Part shown: piece by piece, positions 9,828-19,516 of the stretch
How positions within the stretch are numbered: position 1 is the stretch's first letter
How the letters are laid out: every line of letters begins with the position of its first letter
Source of the DNA: Bacillales bacterium UBA6380
GTDB lineage: Bacteria > Bacillota_I > Bacilli_A > RFN20 > CAG-826
DNA: 64,000 bases
Direction of reading: 5' to 3'
Assembly: GCA_002438785.1 (NCBI GenBank)
Contig: DJQS01000008.1
Location: 2,735-66,734 of the forward strand
Notes under the pieces: generated by a model
Databases searched by the model: none
Seen by the model: the letters and a program-made list of their open reading frames with translations, nothing else
What the model was told of the DNA's origin: nothing
Made by a program: the position numbers and the translations under genes

Positions 9828-12005
9828 ATGAAAAAAATAAAATTAGTTGGTTGGCCTATAGTATTATTAGTATCTATATTATTGATGGGTGTAAGTGTCT
9901 TCTTTGCTTTCACTCAGCAAGGTTTAGAAATTCTAAAGTGGCCAATAGAAAGTAATGTACCTTTTTATGTAGCTAATGCTTTTAATGGAAGTAAAACTTT
10001 TTTAGGATTATGCAAAAACGCATTACTTCAAAGTTTTATTACCCCTTTTGTTAATTTCTCATTAAGCCCAATTACAATTGCTTTTTATGCTTGTTTTGGA
10101 GTATCAATCCTTTTAATGATTGTGCAAATTATCTATTTTGCAAAATCTAAAAAACCTTCGATGATTTTTTGGATAATTGTAACTTTAATGTTTGCTTTTG
10201 GTAGCATGATGGTTTGTGTTACTGTTCAACAATATTTCGGCGCTTCAGGTGAATATTTTATTGATAAAGCTAATGTTACTGAAATTAATGGTTATAAAGT
10301 AAATCAAGATGCTACTATCAAAAATTTATTATTAAATCCAAACGCAATGTTTGGTGGAAAATTTGCTAAAAAAGGCCTTGTAATGTGTGGCTTAGCTTGG
10401 CTATTTATTGTTAGTGTCGTATTATTTGTTATCTCTTATTTAGTCATTTTCATTCAAACGTTAGTTTATGCAAAAAGTCATAAATTTGATAAAGAACTTG
10501 CAAATAGTAATGCTAATGATGAGATTAATTATGATAATGTAGGCTTAGGTGGCACAACAAACAATATTAATACTGTTGGTAATTCATCACCTTTAATTGT
10601 TCAATATATAAATTCATATGGCCCTGATGCAAGATCAATGAATAATAATTGCTCTTGCCAATGTAATGATCAAACTCCTACTCAATATGGAAATTGTAAT
10701 TGTTCTCAACATATTCAAAATGTTGAAGAAGAAAAGCCTCTTACTAAAGAAGATGTTGAAAATATCATCAACAATGCTTTAAAAGAAACAAAAGAAACTA
10801 AAGAAGAAGTTTCTTATCAAAATGATGCTGGTGAAGAATTAGAATACGTAGATTTGGACGATCTTAAAAATTTAATTAAAGACCAAGTTAGTACTGCTAT
10901 TCATGAAGTAAATGCTGCAAAATCTGCAATCGAAGACAAAAAAGAGGTAGATTTACTCCCGGAAGAAACAAGCACTTATGATGAAAAACCATTTGCTAAG
11001 GATGTCAAAGTTGTAAGTGCAGATAATGATACATCTGACATCGCTGTTGATAACGAAAAGACAAAGGTAAAATTAACTACACCTATTGTTGTTGCTGTTC
11101 CTACTACTTTTGAACCTGAAAAAGAAACTGATTGCTCAGATTGTGATTGTACAAACAATTCTCAAGAAGAAACAGAAACTTTAACTGAAGATGAAATAAG
11201 AAATTTAGTTAGTGAAGAACTTAAATCAGCTTTGAAAGATTTTGCTAAACCAAAGCAAAAGAAAATTATTAAAAAGATAATTAATAAAGAGGTTCCAGAA
11301 TACATTGAAGAAGAGAAACCTGATGTAGAAAGTGATGTTTCTAATGCAAATAAAGAAACGTCTGTTTCTGAAGAACCTACAAATGTTATTGAAACTCCTA
11401 TAAGTATCGAAAAAGAAGTTACTGTCGAATCATCTTCAAAAGATCTTAAGGAAGAAAACGAAGTAAGTAAGGAAGTTCCACTTCAAGAAGAAAAACCTGC
11501 AGAAGTTCAATTAAAAGTTCAAAAAAATAATGAAGTTCGTGGAAAAGAATCTACAATTGAAAAAGGCGAAGTTGTTAGATTAAATTTCTTTGAAAGAATT
11601 GCTTCAGGTGATGATTTATTAAAATCTAATTATAATGCTATTAAAAATTTATTAATGAGTTATGGTTTAAAAGATAGATTATCTAATACTGGTGATACAT
11701 TTAGACTACATAAAGTTACATATGCTAAAATCACTTGTTTAGGTGATTCGTTAAAAATTTATTTAGCTCTTGATCCTAAAGATTATGTTTCAACTGCTTT
11801 ACCAATTCAAGATGTCTCTAGTAAGGATTCTTATAAAGACATTCCATTAGGATTTAAAGTTAGAAGTGATTTATCTTTAAGAAGAGCAAATGAATTGATT
11901 CAATCTACAATGAGAAAAGCAAATCTTGAAGCTCTTAGTGATTATCAAGTGGTAGACTTTGCTAAAGAAATTGAAGATGAAGTTTCAAAGAAAGTAGATA
12001 AATAA
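9828..12005 (+). CDS. membrane-anchored protein, paralog B: about 4 TM helices, Cys-rich and acidic linker, and the same conserved C-terminal domain
   Basis: Same architecture as the 8001 gene. The linker has Cys clusters 'NCSCQCND...GNCNCSQH' and 'DCSDCDCT', plus a 'TPIVVAVPTT' motif. The C-terminus 'FRLHKVTYAKIT...LKIYLALDPKDY...SLRRANELI' matches paralog A. Confidence 0.6.
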   Translation: MKKIKLVGWPIVLLVSILLMGVSVFFAFTQQGLEILKWPIESNVPFYVANAFNGSKTFLGLCKNALLQSFITPFVNFSLSPITIAFYACFGVSILLMIVQIIYFAKSKKPSMIFWIIVTLMFAFGSMMVCVTVQQYFGASGEYFIDKANVTEINGYKVNQDATIKNLLLNPNAMFGGKFAKKGLVMCGLAWLFIVSVVLFVISYLVIFIQTLVYAKSHKFDKELANSNANDEINYDNVGLGGTTNNINTVGNSSPLIVQYINSYGPDARSMNNNCSCQCNDQTPTQYGNCNCSQHIQNVEEEKPLTKEDVENIINNALKETKETKEEVSYQNDAGEELEYVDLDDLKNLIKDQVSTAIHEVNAAKSAIEDKKEVDLLPEETSTYDEKPFAKDVKVVSADNDTSDIAVDNEKTKVKLTTPIVVAVPTTFEPEKETDCSDCDCTNNSQEETETLTEDEIRNLVSEELKSALKDFAKPKQKKIIKKIINKEVPEYIEEEKPDVESDVSNANKETSVSEEPTNVIETPISIEKEVTVESSSKDLKEENEVSKEVPLQEEKPAEVQLKVQKNNEVRGKESTIEKGEVVRLNFFERIASGDDLLKSNYNAIKNLLMSYGLKDRLSNTGDTFRLHKVTYAKITCLGDSLKIYLALDPKDYVSTALPIQDVSSKDSYKDIPLGFKVRSDLSLRRANELIQSTMRKANLEALSDYQVVDFAKEIEDEVSKKVDK

Positions 12006-12045
12006 ATTTCATAAATAAGAATAGACAAAATCTTATAAAAATTAT

Positions 12046-12085
12046 AAAGTGTTAATGTTATGTGTTCATTAACACTTTATTTTTA
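12046..12085 (+). terminator. rho-independent terminator (12-bp perfect stem aaagtgttaatg/cattaacacttt, then T-run)
   Basis: Perfect 12-bp inverted repeat, 9-nt loop, followed by 'atttttat'. Confidence 0.75.
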
Positions 12086-12099
12086 TAGAGGTAATAAGT

Positions 12100-12681
12100 A
12101 TGGGTTATGATGATATAAATACTGGTTTTATTGAGGTTATCGCAGGACCAATGTTTGCTGGTAAGTCTGAAGAGTTAATAAGAAGAATTAATAGACTAAA
12201 ATATGCGAAAAAGAAGTTTTTAGTGTTTAAACCAATTATTGATGATCGTTATAGCATGACAGAAGTTGTATCTCATCAAAAAAGAAGAGAAGTTGCTATA
12301 CCAATTAATGAACCTCGTGAAGTTTTTAATTATATAAAGCCAGATACCGAAGTTGTTTGCATTGATGAAGTTCAATTTTTCAATGATGACATGTTCTATG
12401 TTATTAATGAATTAGCAGATTCTGGTAAAAGGGTTATTTGTGCTGGATTAGATTGCGATTTTCGAGGAGAGCCCTTCCCTCTTACTGCAAAATTATTAGC
12501 TAGAGCTGAATATGTTACTAAATTAACTGCTATTTGTGTTTGCTGTGGTAAAGAAGCCACGATGACCCAAAGACTTATTAATGGTATACCTGCTTATTTT
12601 GATGACCCAATAGTTTTAGTTGGTGCTAGCGAATCTTATGAACCTCGCTGTAGACATTGTCACAAAGTTCTTAAAAGATAA
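12100..12681 (+). CDS. tdk: thymidine kinase
   Basis: '[16 protein letters not shown]' is the P-loop of the Tdk family. C-terminal zinc ribbon 'CxxC...CRHC'. Confidence 0.9.
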   Translation: MGYDDINTGFIEVIAGPMFAGKSEELIRRINRLKYAKKKFLVFKPIIDDRYSMTEVVSHQKRREVAIPINEPREVFNYIKPDTEVVCIDEVQFFNDDMFYVINELADSGKRVICAGLDCDFRGEPFPLTAKLLARAEYVTKLTAICVCCGKEATMTQRLINGIPAYFDDPIVLVGASESYEPRCRHCHKVLKR

Positions 12682-12797
12682 AAAAACTACTAAATAATTA
12701 CTAAAATATAAGTTTCCAAGAATAAAATATTGGAACTTATTTTTTTATTCTTTACATATGTTAATTTATAAGAGCAACTTTTTTGGAGGATAATAAT

Positions 12798-15113
12798 ATG
12801 AATAAGATTATAAAAAGAGATGGGCGTATCGTAAAATTTGATAGAAATAAAATTTTTAGTGCTATTTTTAAAGCTTTTGCTTCTTTAGATATAGATAATG
12901 AGGATTTAATAAATAATATTGTTGATGAAGTAATAGATCGAATAAATAATAAATATAATGATAAATTGCCAAGAGTTGAAGATGTTCAGGATGAAATTGA
13001 AAAAGTTTTAATTGAGCATAATGAAGCTGAAGTAGCTAAGGCTTATATTTTATATCGTGCGAATAGAACTAGAATTAGAGAAAGTAAGACTCATTTAATG
13101 GAAACTTTAAAAGATATTACTTTTAAAGATGCTAAAGATAATAATACAAAAAGAGAAAACGCAAACATTGATGGCGATACTGCGATGGGTTGTATGCTAA
13201 GATATGGCAGTGAATCAGCTAAGGAATTTTATTTATCTAATGTAATTGATCCTCGCTTTGCTAAGGCTCATCGAGAAGGTGATATTCATATTCATGATAT
13301 GGATTTTTACACATTAACTATGACTTGTTGCCAAATTGATATCTTAGAATTATTTAAAAATGGATTTTCAACTGGGCATGGATTTTTAAGGGAGCCTCAA
13401 TCTATTAGAAGTTATTCTTCGTTAGCTTGTATCGCAATACAAGCTAATCAAAATGATATGCATGGTGGACAATCTATTCCTAATTTTGATTATGGCATGG
13501 CTCCTGGAGTTATTAAAACATATCGTAAAAGTATTGTAAGAAATATTTGTATTGTTTTAGGAACCTATGTCGATCATATTTGTAAAGATGAAGCAAAAGA
13601 AATTGTTAAAGAAGCTGAAGAATTATCTCATGATGAATGTCGTATCGGACATAAAGATTTTGAAAATTCTTTATATAATGTGATAGCAACTAGATTTGAA
13701 GACTTAGACGATCCTCTTAAATTAACTAATTTCATTTTAAAGACATCTTATAATGAAACTAGAGAAGAAACATATCAAGCAATGGAGGCTTTAATCCATA
13801 ATTTGAATACAATGCATTCACGTGCAGGTGCCCAAGTTCCTTTTTCTAGCTTAAATTATGGAACAGATACTTCTATTGAAGGAAGAATGGTTATTGATTG
13901 CCTACTTGATGCTACTTTAGCTGGTTTAGGTGATGGAGAAACTCCTATTTTTCCAATTCAAATTTTTAAATTAAAAGAAGGAGTAAGTTATAATAAAGAA
14001 GATCCAAATTATGATTTATTCAGAAAAGCTATTCGAGTAAGTGGAGCAAGATTGTTTCCAAATTTCTCTTTTTTAGATGCACCATTTAATTTGAAATATT
14101 ATAAAAAGGGCGATTATAAGACAGAAATCAGCTACATGGGATGTAGAACCCGTGTTATGGGGAATGTTGATAAAACTAAAGAAATTACTACTGGTCGAGG
14201 TAATTTAAGCTTTACATCTATTAATTTGCCAAGGCTTGGTATTAAACATAAAAATGATATCGATGGATTCTTTAATGAGTTAGATGAAAAAATGGATCTT
14301 GTAAAAGATCAATTATTAGAAAGATTTAAAATTCAATGTTCTAAGAAAGTTTACAACTTTCCATTTTTAATGGGTCAACATATTTGGCTTGATAGTGATA
14401 AATTAAAGTGGAATGACACAATTGAATCTGTAATTAGACATGGTACTTTAACTGTTGGATTTATTGGATTAGCAGAATGCTTAAAGGCTTTAATTGGCAA
14501 GCATCATGGTGAAAGCGATGAAGCGCAAGAATTAGGTGTAAAAATTATTGGTCATATGAGAGATAAGACTGATGAATATACAAAAAAATATAATTTAAAT
14601 TTTAGTTTAATTGCAACACCTGCTGAGGGCCTTAGTGGTCGTTTTGTAAAAATAGATAAAGAAAAATATGGAATAATTCCTGGTGTTACAGATCGTGATT
14701 ACTATACGAATTCATTCCATATTCCTGTTTATTATAAAATCTCTATTTTCGATAAGATAAAGAAAGAAGGTCCATACAATGCTTTAACTAATGGTGGACA
14801 TATTACTTATGTTGAAGTTGATGGCGATGTTGCTAAAAATGAAAAAGCATTTGAAAGTATTATTAGATGTATGCATGATAATGGTATTGGATATGGCTCT
14901 GTTAACCATCCTATCGATCGTGACCCTGTTTGTGGATATAATGGCATAATTGATGAATGCTGTCCTAAATGCGGTAGACATGAAGATGACACTAAATTCG
15001 AAAGAATTAGAAGAATTACTGGATATCTTGTTGGAACAACTGAGCGTTTTAATGATGCTAAAAAGGTTGAATTATCCCAAAGAGTTAAGCATTTAACGAA
15101 AGATAATTTATAA
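12798..15113 (+). CDS. nrdD: anaerobic ribonucleoside-triphosphate reductase (class III RNR)
   Basis: N-terminal ATP-cone 'MNKIIKRDGRIVKFDRNKI'. C-terminal glycyl-radical region 'RITGYLVG' and zinc-binding 'CxxC...CPKC'. GGAGGA ribosome-binding site 7 nt upstream of the ATG at 12798. The six-frame track starts earlier, at a TTG at 12783. Confidence 0.9.
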   Translation: MNKIIKRDGRIVKFDRNKIFSAIFKAFASLDIDNEDLINNIVDEVIDRINNKYNDKLPRVEDVQDEIEKVLIEHNEAEVAKAYILYRANRTRIRESKTHLMETLKDITFKDAKDNNTKRENANIDGDTAMGCMLRYGSESAKEFYLSNVIDPRFAKAHREGDIHIHDMDFYTLTMTCCQIDILELFKNGFSTGHGFLREPQSIRSYSSLACIAIQANQNDMHGGQSIPNFDYGMAPGVIKTYRKSIVRNICIVLGTYVDHICKDEAKEIVKEAEELSHDECRIGHKDFENSLYNVIATRFEDLDDPLKLTNFILKTSYNETREETYQAMEALIHNLNTMHSRAGAQVPFSSLNYGTDTSIEGRMVIDCLLDATLAGLGDGETPIFPIQIFKLKEGVSYNKEDPNYDLFRKAIRVSGARLFPNFSFLDAPFNLKYYKKGDYKTEISYMGCRTRVMGNVDKTKEITTGRGNLSFTSINLPRLGIKHKNDIDGFFNELDEKMDLVKDQLLERFKIQCSKKVYNFPFLMGQHIWLDSDKLKWNDTIESVIRHGTLTVGFIGLAECLKALIGKHHGESDEAQELGVKIIGHMRDKTDEYTKKYNLNFSLIATPAEGLSGRFVKIDKEKYGIIPGVTDRDYYTNSFHIPVYYKISIFDKIKKEGPYNALTNGGHITYVEVDGDVAKNEKAFESIIRCMHDNGIGYGSVNHPIDRDPVCGYNGIIDECCPKCGRHEDDTKFERIRRITGYLVGTTERFNDAKKVELSQRVKHLTKDNL

Positions 15114-15631
15114 TGACTGACTTTATAAGAATTGCTAGTGTCATTGACGATTCTATTGTTGATGGTCCTGGTATAAGGATGACAATTTTCTTTCAAGGAT
15201 GTAATCATAAATGTTTCGGTTGCTTTAATAAAGAAACATGGGATTTTCAAGGCGGACATTTATGTGACATTAATAAAATTTATGAAGCCGCTATGAAGAA
15301 TCCTCTATTAAGCGGAATTACTTTAAGTGGAGGCGATCCTATTTATCAAGTTAGTGGTGCATTAAAATTAATAAATTTGTTTCAAAATACAAATTTAGAT
15401 ATTATGGTTTATACTGGTTTCACATATGAAGAACTTCTCGAAATGGAAAAAAATAATGAAGATTTGCATACTTTTTTAGATAAAATAGATTATTTAGTTG
15501 ATGGTCCTTTTGAAATTGATAAAAAAGATATTGGATTAAAATTTCGTGGTTCGTCAAATCAAAGAATTATTGATATGAAAAAAACTAGAAAAGAAGGAAA
15601 AATTATTACTACTGATTTTTCAAATTACTAA
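15113..15631 (+). CDS. nrdG: anaerobic ribonucleotide reductase activating protein (radical SAM)
   Basis: 'GCNHKCFGC' is a CxxxCxxC radical-SAM cluster motif. Glycine-rich 'LSGGDP'. The start overlaps the nrdD stop. Confidence 0.85.
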   Translation: MTDFIRIASVIDDSIVDGPGIRMTIFFQGCNHKCFGCFNKETWDFQGGHLCDINKIYEAAMKNPLLSGITLSGGDPIYQVSGALKLINLFQNTNLDIMVYTGFTYEELLEMEKNNEDLHTFLDKIDYLVDGPFEIDKKDIGLKFRGSSNQRIIDMKKTRKEGKIITTDFSNY

Positions 15632-16157
15632 TATTTTCAACATAAATATCATTTATTAGCATTGATATGTCTTTAATAGGAATATTGGAAGTGTCAATTG
15701 TATAGTTGACACTTTTAATATTGTCATTAGAGAAATTTTCATCATCAATTTCTAATCTAGTGGAGATTGTAATTTCATCATCTAATCGATTTATCATTCT
15801 TTGTTTTCTAATTTCTTTTTTGCAATTTAAAAAGAATGTAATTATGGTTGGATCATTCAACTTGTTAAAAGCTATTAATCCGTTTGGATCAACTATTAAA
15901 ATTGTATTAAGACTTATATTCTTTTTTTCAGTTCCATAATAATTATTATTATATAAAGTGTATTCTATTAATTTATGTTCTTTAATTAAATGGAGAAAAC
16001 TAGTTTTATCAACAAAATGGTAATCTATCCCATCTATTTCTCCAATTCTTTTATTTCTAGTTGTAGTTGTAACAAACTTCTTATAGTTATAATTTTTACA
16101 TAAATATTTTGATATTTCTGTTTTTCCACTAGCACTTGGGCCTACCAATATAATCAT
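15609..16157 (-). CDS. gmk: guanylate kinase (short form)
   Basis: 'ILVGPSASGKTE' P-loop, 'TTTTRNKRIGEIDGIDYHFV' and 'YYGT' match Gmk signatures. Its 3' end overlaps the nrdG 3' end by 23 bp in convergent orientation. Confidence 0.65.
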   Translation of the reverse strand: MIILVGPSASGKTEISKYLCKNYNYKKFVTTTTRNKRIGEIDGIDYHFVDKTSFLHLIKEHKLIEYTLYNNNYYGTEKKNISLNTILIVDPNGLIAFNKLNDPTIITFFLNCKKEIRKQRMINRLDDEITISTRLEIDDENFSNDNIKSVNYTIDTSNIPIKDISMLINDIYVENISNLKNQ

Positions 16158-16244
16158 ATAGAAATTCTATAATAATTTAAAAATATTTTAAACTTTAAAA
16201 TTTTACCCCCATATATTTTGTTTTATTAACGACTTGTTATATGA

Positions 16245-17288
16245 ATGATTATGAATTATAAAATTTTATTTGCTACACTACCATGCTTATTATCTATATC
16301 TTCATTAAAAAAAGAAGTAAAAGAAGAAATTGAAGTTTATGATAAGCATATATATCAACAATCAAACTTATTTAATGTTAATGATTTTACATTTTCAATT
16401 AATAATGATGGTACATTTGAAGGTGATTTTTCACTTGAATCAAAAATAACAACAACACCTTTTTATGTAGATTTACTATATATTGAAGATGGAGAAACTC
16501 AAAAATCTTATGATCGAATTAGTATCCATAAACTAATTACGACAAGTAATAAAAAATATACATATAGTTTTAGTCTTAGTTTTTCTAAAAATATTGATAT
16601 TATAAATTTTGAGATTTCTTTTAGTATGCCTATATTAAAGAATTATTTAAATATTAAATTTAGTATCGATAATCCATTAGCTAGGGTAGAAATTTCTAAT
16701 GAGAAAAAATTATTTTATAAATATGAGTTTAAAAATTATATTGGATATAATTATTATTATTTATTTAAACCAACTAGTTTTTTAAACGCGCAAAAGCGTA
16801 TATTTTATTATGATTATTTTTCATTCAATAATTTTTATATTGAATCTAATTTTGATAACGCTTTTGATAGTGCTTATTTTTATATCGAACCTAAATATAC
16901 ACATTTATTAAGAATATTTAATCAATTTAATTCAATCTATCCTTTATACAAATTTTTAAAACTTAATCATTTTCATGATTTAAATAGAAGCTTCATTATG
17001 TTTAAAAATATTTATTATTATAATCCATTAACAAATTTTATGTATTTAACTAATAATGGCAAATATAAAGAAGTTCAAAATAGAATTTATATGCCTTTAA
17101 AATATTATGATATATATAAAAACTTTTCAATTGGACTCTATTTAAAATCTTTTAGTCCAAAAAAGTATCAAATTTTTTATACATATAATATGTTTTTCGA
17201 AAAAAATTATAAAAAAGATTACGCAGTTATTTATAAAGATAATTTCCAAATTACAAGTGATGATACCTTGGAGAATATTAAATTATGA
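16245..17288 (+). CDS. secreted N/Y/F-rich protein, hypothetical; first gene of the CpaF-ATPase locus
   Basis: N-terminal signal-like segment 'ILFATLPCLLSISS'. Highly biased N/Y/F/K composition. The stop overlaps the start of the next ORF. Confidence 0.45.
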   Translation: MIMNYKILFATLPCLLSISSLKKEVKEEIEVYDKHIYQQSNLFNVNDFTFSINNDGTFEGDFSLESKITTTPFYVDLLYIEDGETQKSYDRISIHKLITTSNKKYTYSFSLSFSKNIDIINFEISFSMPILKNYLNIKFSIDNPLARVEISNEKKLFYKYEFKNYIGYNYYYLFKPTSFLNAQKRIFYYDYFSFNNFYIESNFDNAFDSAYFYIEPKYTHLLRIFNQFNSIYPLYKFLKLNHFHDLNRSFIMFKNIYYYNPLTNFMYLTNNGKYKEVQNRIYMPLKYYDIYKNFSIGLYLKSFSPKKYQIFYTYNMFFEKNYKKDYAVIYKDNFQITSDDTLENIKL

Positions 17289-17695
17289 TGAATGTAGTAT
17301 TTATTTTTATAACTACAATATTATTATCCATATTTAATATTTTTAATATTACATATAAAGGAAATGAAATAAATAGAATTGTTATGAATATACCGCTTAA
17401 TTTGCTTAAAAATAGTATTGTTATTGAAGAAATTACAGAAGATGATTTTAATGCTTATTTTTTAAAAGATGAAGTAGAAAAAGACATTAAAAAATATTTA
17501 AATACATCTTTAAAAGGGAAAATAAATGAATATAATTTATCATTCTTTTATTATAAATATGATAGTAATGATATTTTAATAAAAGACAATAGTAATAAAC
17601 CGATTAATTTTCAATTACATTTTCATTGCAATTATTATAAAAATTATGATCTTAATCGATATTTAAAATTTAGGATTGAAGAGATTTGGGGGTAA
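17285..17695 (+). CDS. small membrane-anchored protein, hypothetical
   Basis: Single N-terminal TM helix 'VVFIFITTILLSIF'. Translationally coupled to its neighbours (ATGA overlap). Confidence 0.4.
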   Translation: MMNVVFIFITTILLSIFNIFNITYKGNEINRIVMNIPLNLLKNSIVIEEITEDDFNAYFLKDEVEKDIKKYLNTSLKGKINEYNLSFFYYKYDSNDILIKDNSNKPINFQLHFHCNYYKNYDLNRYLKFRIEEIWG

Positions 17696-17697
17696 TT

Positions 17698-18750
17698 ATG
17701 GAATGCGACAAAGTATTAGAATTTATTGAAAACTCTTTTTTAAAAGATTTATTAAATAACGAGAATATTACTGATATTTCATATAATGGAGAAACTATTT
17801 ATTATCAAGATAATTTAAAAGGCAGAATTAAAAGTTTAATAGAAGTAAATAGTAAAGAAGCTTATGATTTCATTAGACAAATAGCGAACTTATCTGACGC
17901 TCAATTTAGTTACACTGATCCGTTATTAGATATTAGTGTTGGAAAATATCGTATTAATGCTACTCATTATGCTATTTCTAGAAAAAAGAGAGAAAAATCA
18001 ATTTCATTTAGTATCCGTATAGGTTTTAATGAACTTAGAATTAAAAATGATAATTCTTTTATAACTAATAAGTGTAATGATTTAATTAATATTTTTTTAA
18101 AAAATAATAATTCAATAATAATTGGCGGATTAACAAGTAGTGGTAAAACAGAATTACAAAAATATTTGATTTCTACATTAAAGCCTGCAACAAGAATTAT
18201 AGTTATCGATAATGTAGATGAATTAGATATTGATTATATAAATTCTTCTTTAGACATTCAAACATGGTTAAATTTAGAAAAAGATAAAAAAATAAGTTTT
18301 GATCTACTTGTAAAAAACGCTCTTAGAAATAATCCTGATTATTTAATTGTTAGTGAAGCTCGAGGGGAAGAGATGTTATCAATATTAAATAGTGCGATGA
18401 GCGGTCATCCAACTATTACAACAATTCATTCTAAAAATATAATGAATATGTATTCAAGAATTACTAGAATGGCTATGTTAAAAAATCAGGCTTTAAAATT
18501 TGATGAAACTTTCATTGATGTTTTAGATCAATTTAAATTAATTATACATGTTAAAAAAGAAATAAAAGAAAATAACACAATAAAAAGATATATTGATTCT
18601 ATTGCTACAAATAGATTTAATAAAATTAGAATTCTATATAGATATCCTAACTATTATTATAAATTACCTAATTCAATTAAATATGATCTTAATCTAAGTA
18701 ACGATGAATTTAATAGCTTAAAAGAAAAATGGGAAGATAACTATGCTTAA
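17698..18750 (+). CDS. CpaF/TadA/VirB11-family secretion ATPase
   Basis: Walker A 'IIIGGLTSSGKTE'. Walker B / Asp box 'DYLIVSEARGEE'. His box 'MSGHPTITTIHSKN'. GGGGGT ribosome-binding site upstream of the ATG at 17698; the six-frame track starts at a TTG at 17686. Confidence 0.8.
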   Translation: MECDKVLEFIENSFLKDLLNNENITDISYNGETIYYQDNLKGRIKSLIEVNSKEAYDFIRQIANLSDAQFSYTDPLLDISVGKYRINATHYAISRKKREKSISFSIRIGFNELRIKNDNSFITNKCNDLINIFLKNNNSIIIGGLTSSGKTELQKYLISTLKPATRIIVIDNVDELDIDYINSSLDIQTWLNLEKDKKISFDLLVKNALRNNPDYLIVSEARGEEMLSILNSAMSGHPTITTIHSKNIMNMYSRITRMAMLKNQALKFDETFIDVLDQFKLIIHVKKEIKENNTIKRYIDSIATNRFNKIRILYRYPNYYYKLPNSIKYDLNLSNDEFNSLKEKWEDNYA

Positions 18751-19516
18751 AAGATTTCTAATATATTTAATAATTTGCCTAATTATTGGCGGGATGAATT
18801 TTTATATAACAAATAATGTTTATTTTAGCATTGGACTATTTATTATTGGAATATTGATATTTTCATTAGGCATTGATAAATCTATTAATCAATTTTTTAT
18901 TAAAGAAAAAAAGACAAAAGAGGCGATAAATTTTATTTCCAATTTCATAATTACTTTGTCAATTAATAAAAGCATATTGTCAACTTTTAATACCGTCGAA
19001 GAATCTTTCTCTAAAGATTTAAAAAATCAGGTTTATTTAATTAATAATCTAAATGTAGAAGAAAAAATAAAGTATCTAAGTAAATATTTTGCCTTATCTA
19101 TTTATGATGTGTTTTTAAATTTAATCGATCAATATATCTATAACGGAGGAGACGTTTTAAAGATTTCTCAATTACTTTTATTTGATGTTAGAAAGATTGA
19201 AGAAAAACTTGATTCACATAATGATATATTGATCAAAAAACTCATGGAATTCATTATTTTATGGATTATGATATTTGTAATTGTAATAATCATGAAATTA
19301 TCATTAGCTGATTATTTTTTAAAAATAGCATCATTAGATTATTTTAAATATGGAATGGGAATATTTTATCTTGGATTTTATCTAAATTTACTTATATTTA
19401 CATTACATGGATGTAATTTAGATTTTATTGAAACAAGTAAAATAAAAAATGAAGAAGTAACAAAAAAATGGAAGGTTAAAAATGTCAAAGTTAAAAGAAA
19501 AGATAGAGTCTTGTAA
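18743..19516 (+). CDS. polytopic membrane protein, TadB/GspF-like platform candidate
   Basis: N-terminal TM pair, a cytoplasmic about 120-aa domain and C-terminal TM helices. Its position directly after the ATPase, with 8-nt coupling, fits a platform protein. The family call rests on context only. Confidence 0.45.
   Translation: MLKRFLIYLIICLIIGGMNFYITNNVYFSIGLFIIGILIFSLGIDKSINQFFIKEKKTKEAINFISNFIITLSINKSILSTFNTVEESFSKDLKNQVYLINNLNVEEKIKYLSKYFALSIYDVFLNLIDQYIYNGGDVLKISQLLLFDVRKIEEKLDSHNDILIKKLMEFIILWIMIFVIVIIMKLSLADYFLKIASLDYFKYGMGIFYLGFYLNLLIFTLHGCNLDFIETSKIKNEEVTKKWKVKNVKVKRKDRVL

Noticed and set aside
12750-12797. NrdR box upstream of nrdD (ACATATGT palindrome).
   Set aside because: It is only an 8-bp palindrome. 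The flanks do not match the 16-bp acaCwAtATaTwGtgt consensus. It may simply be AT-rich promoter sequence.
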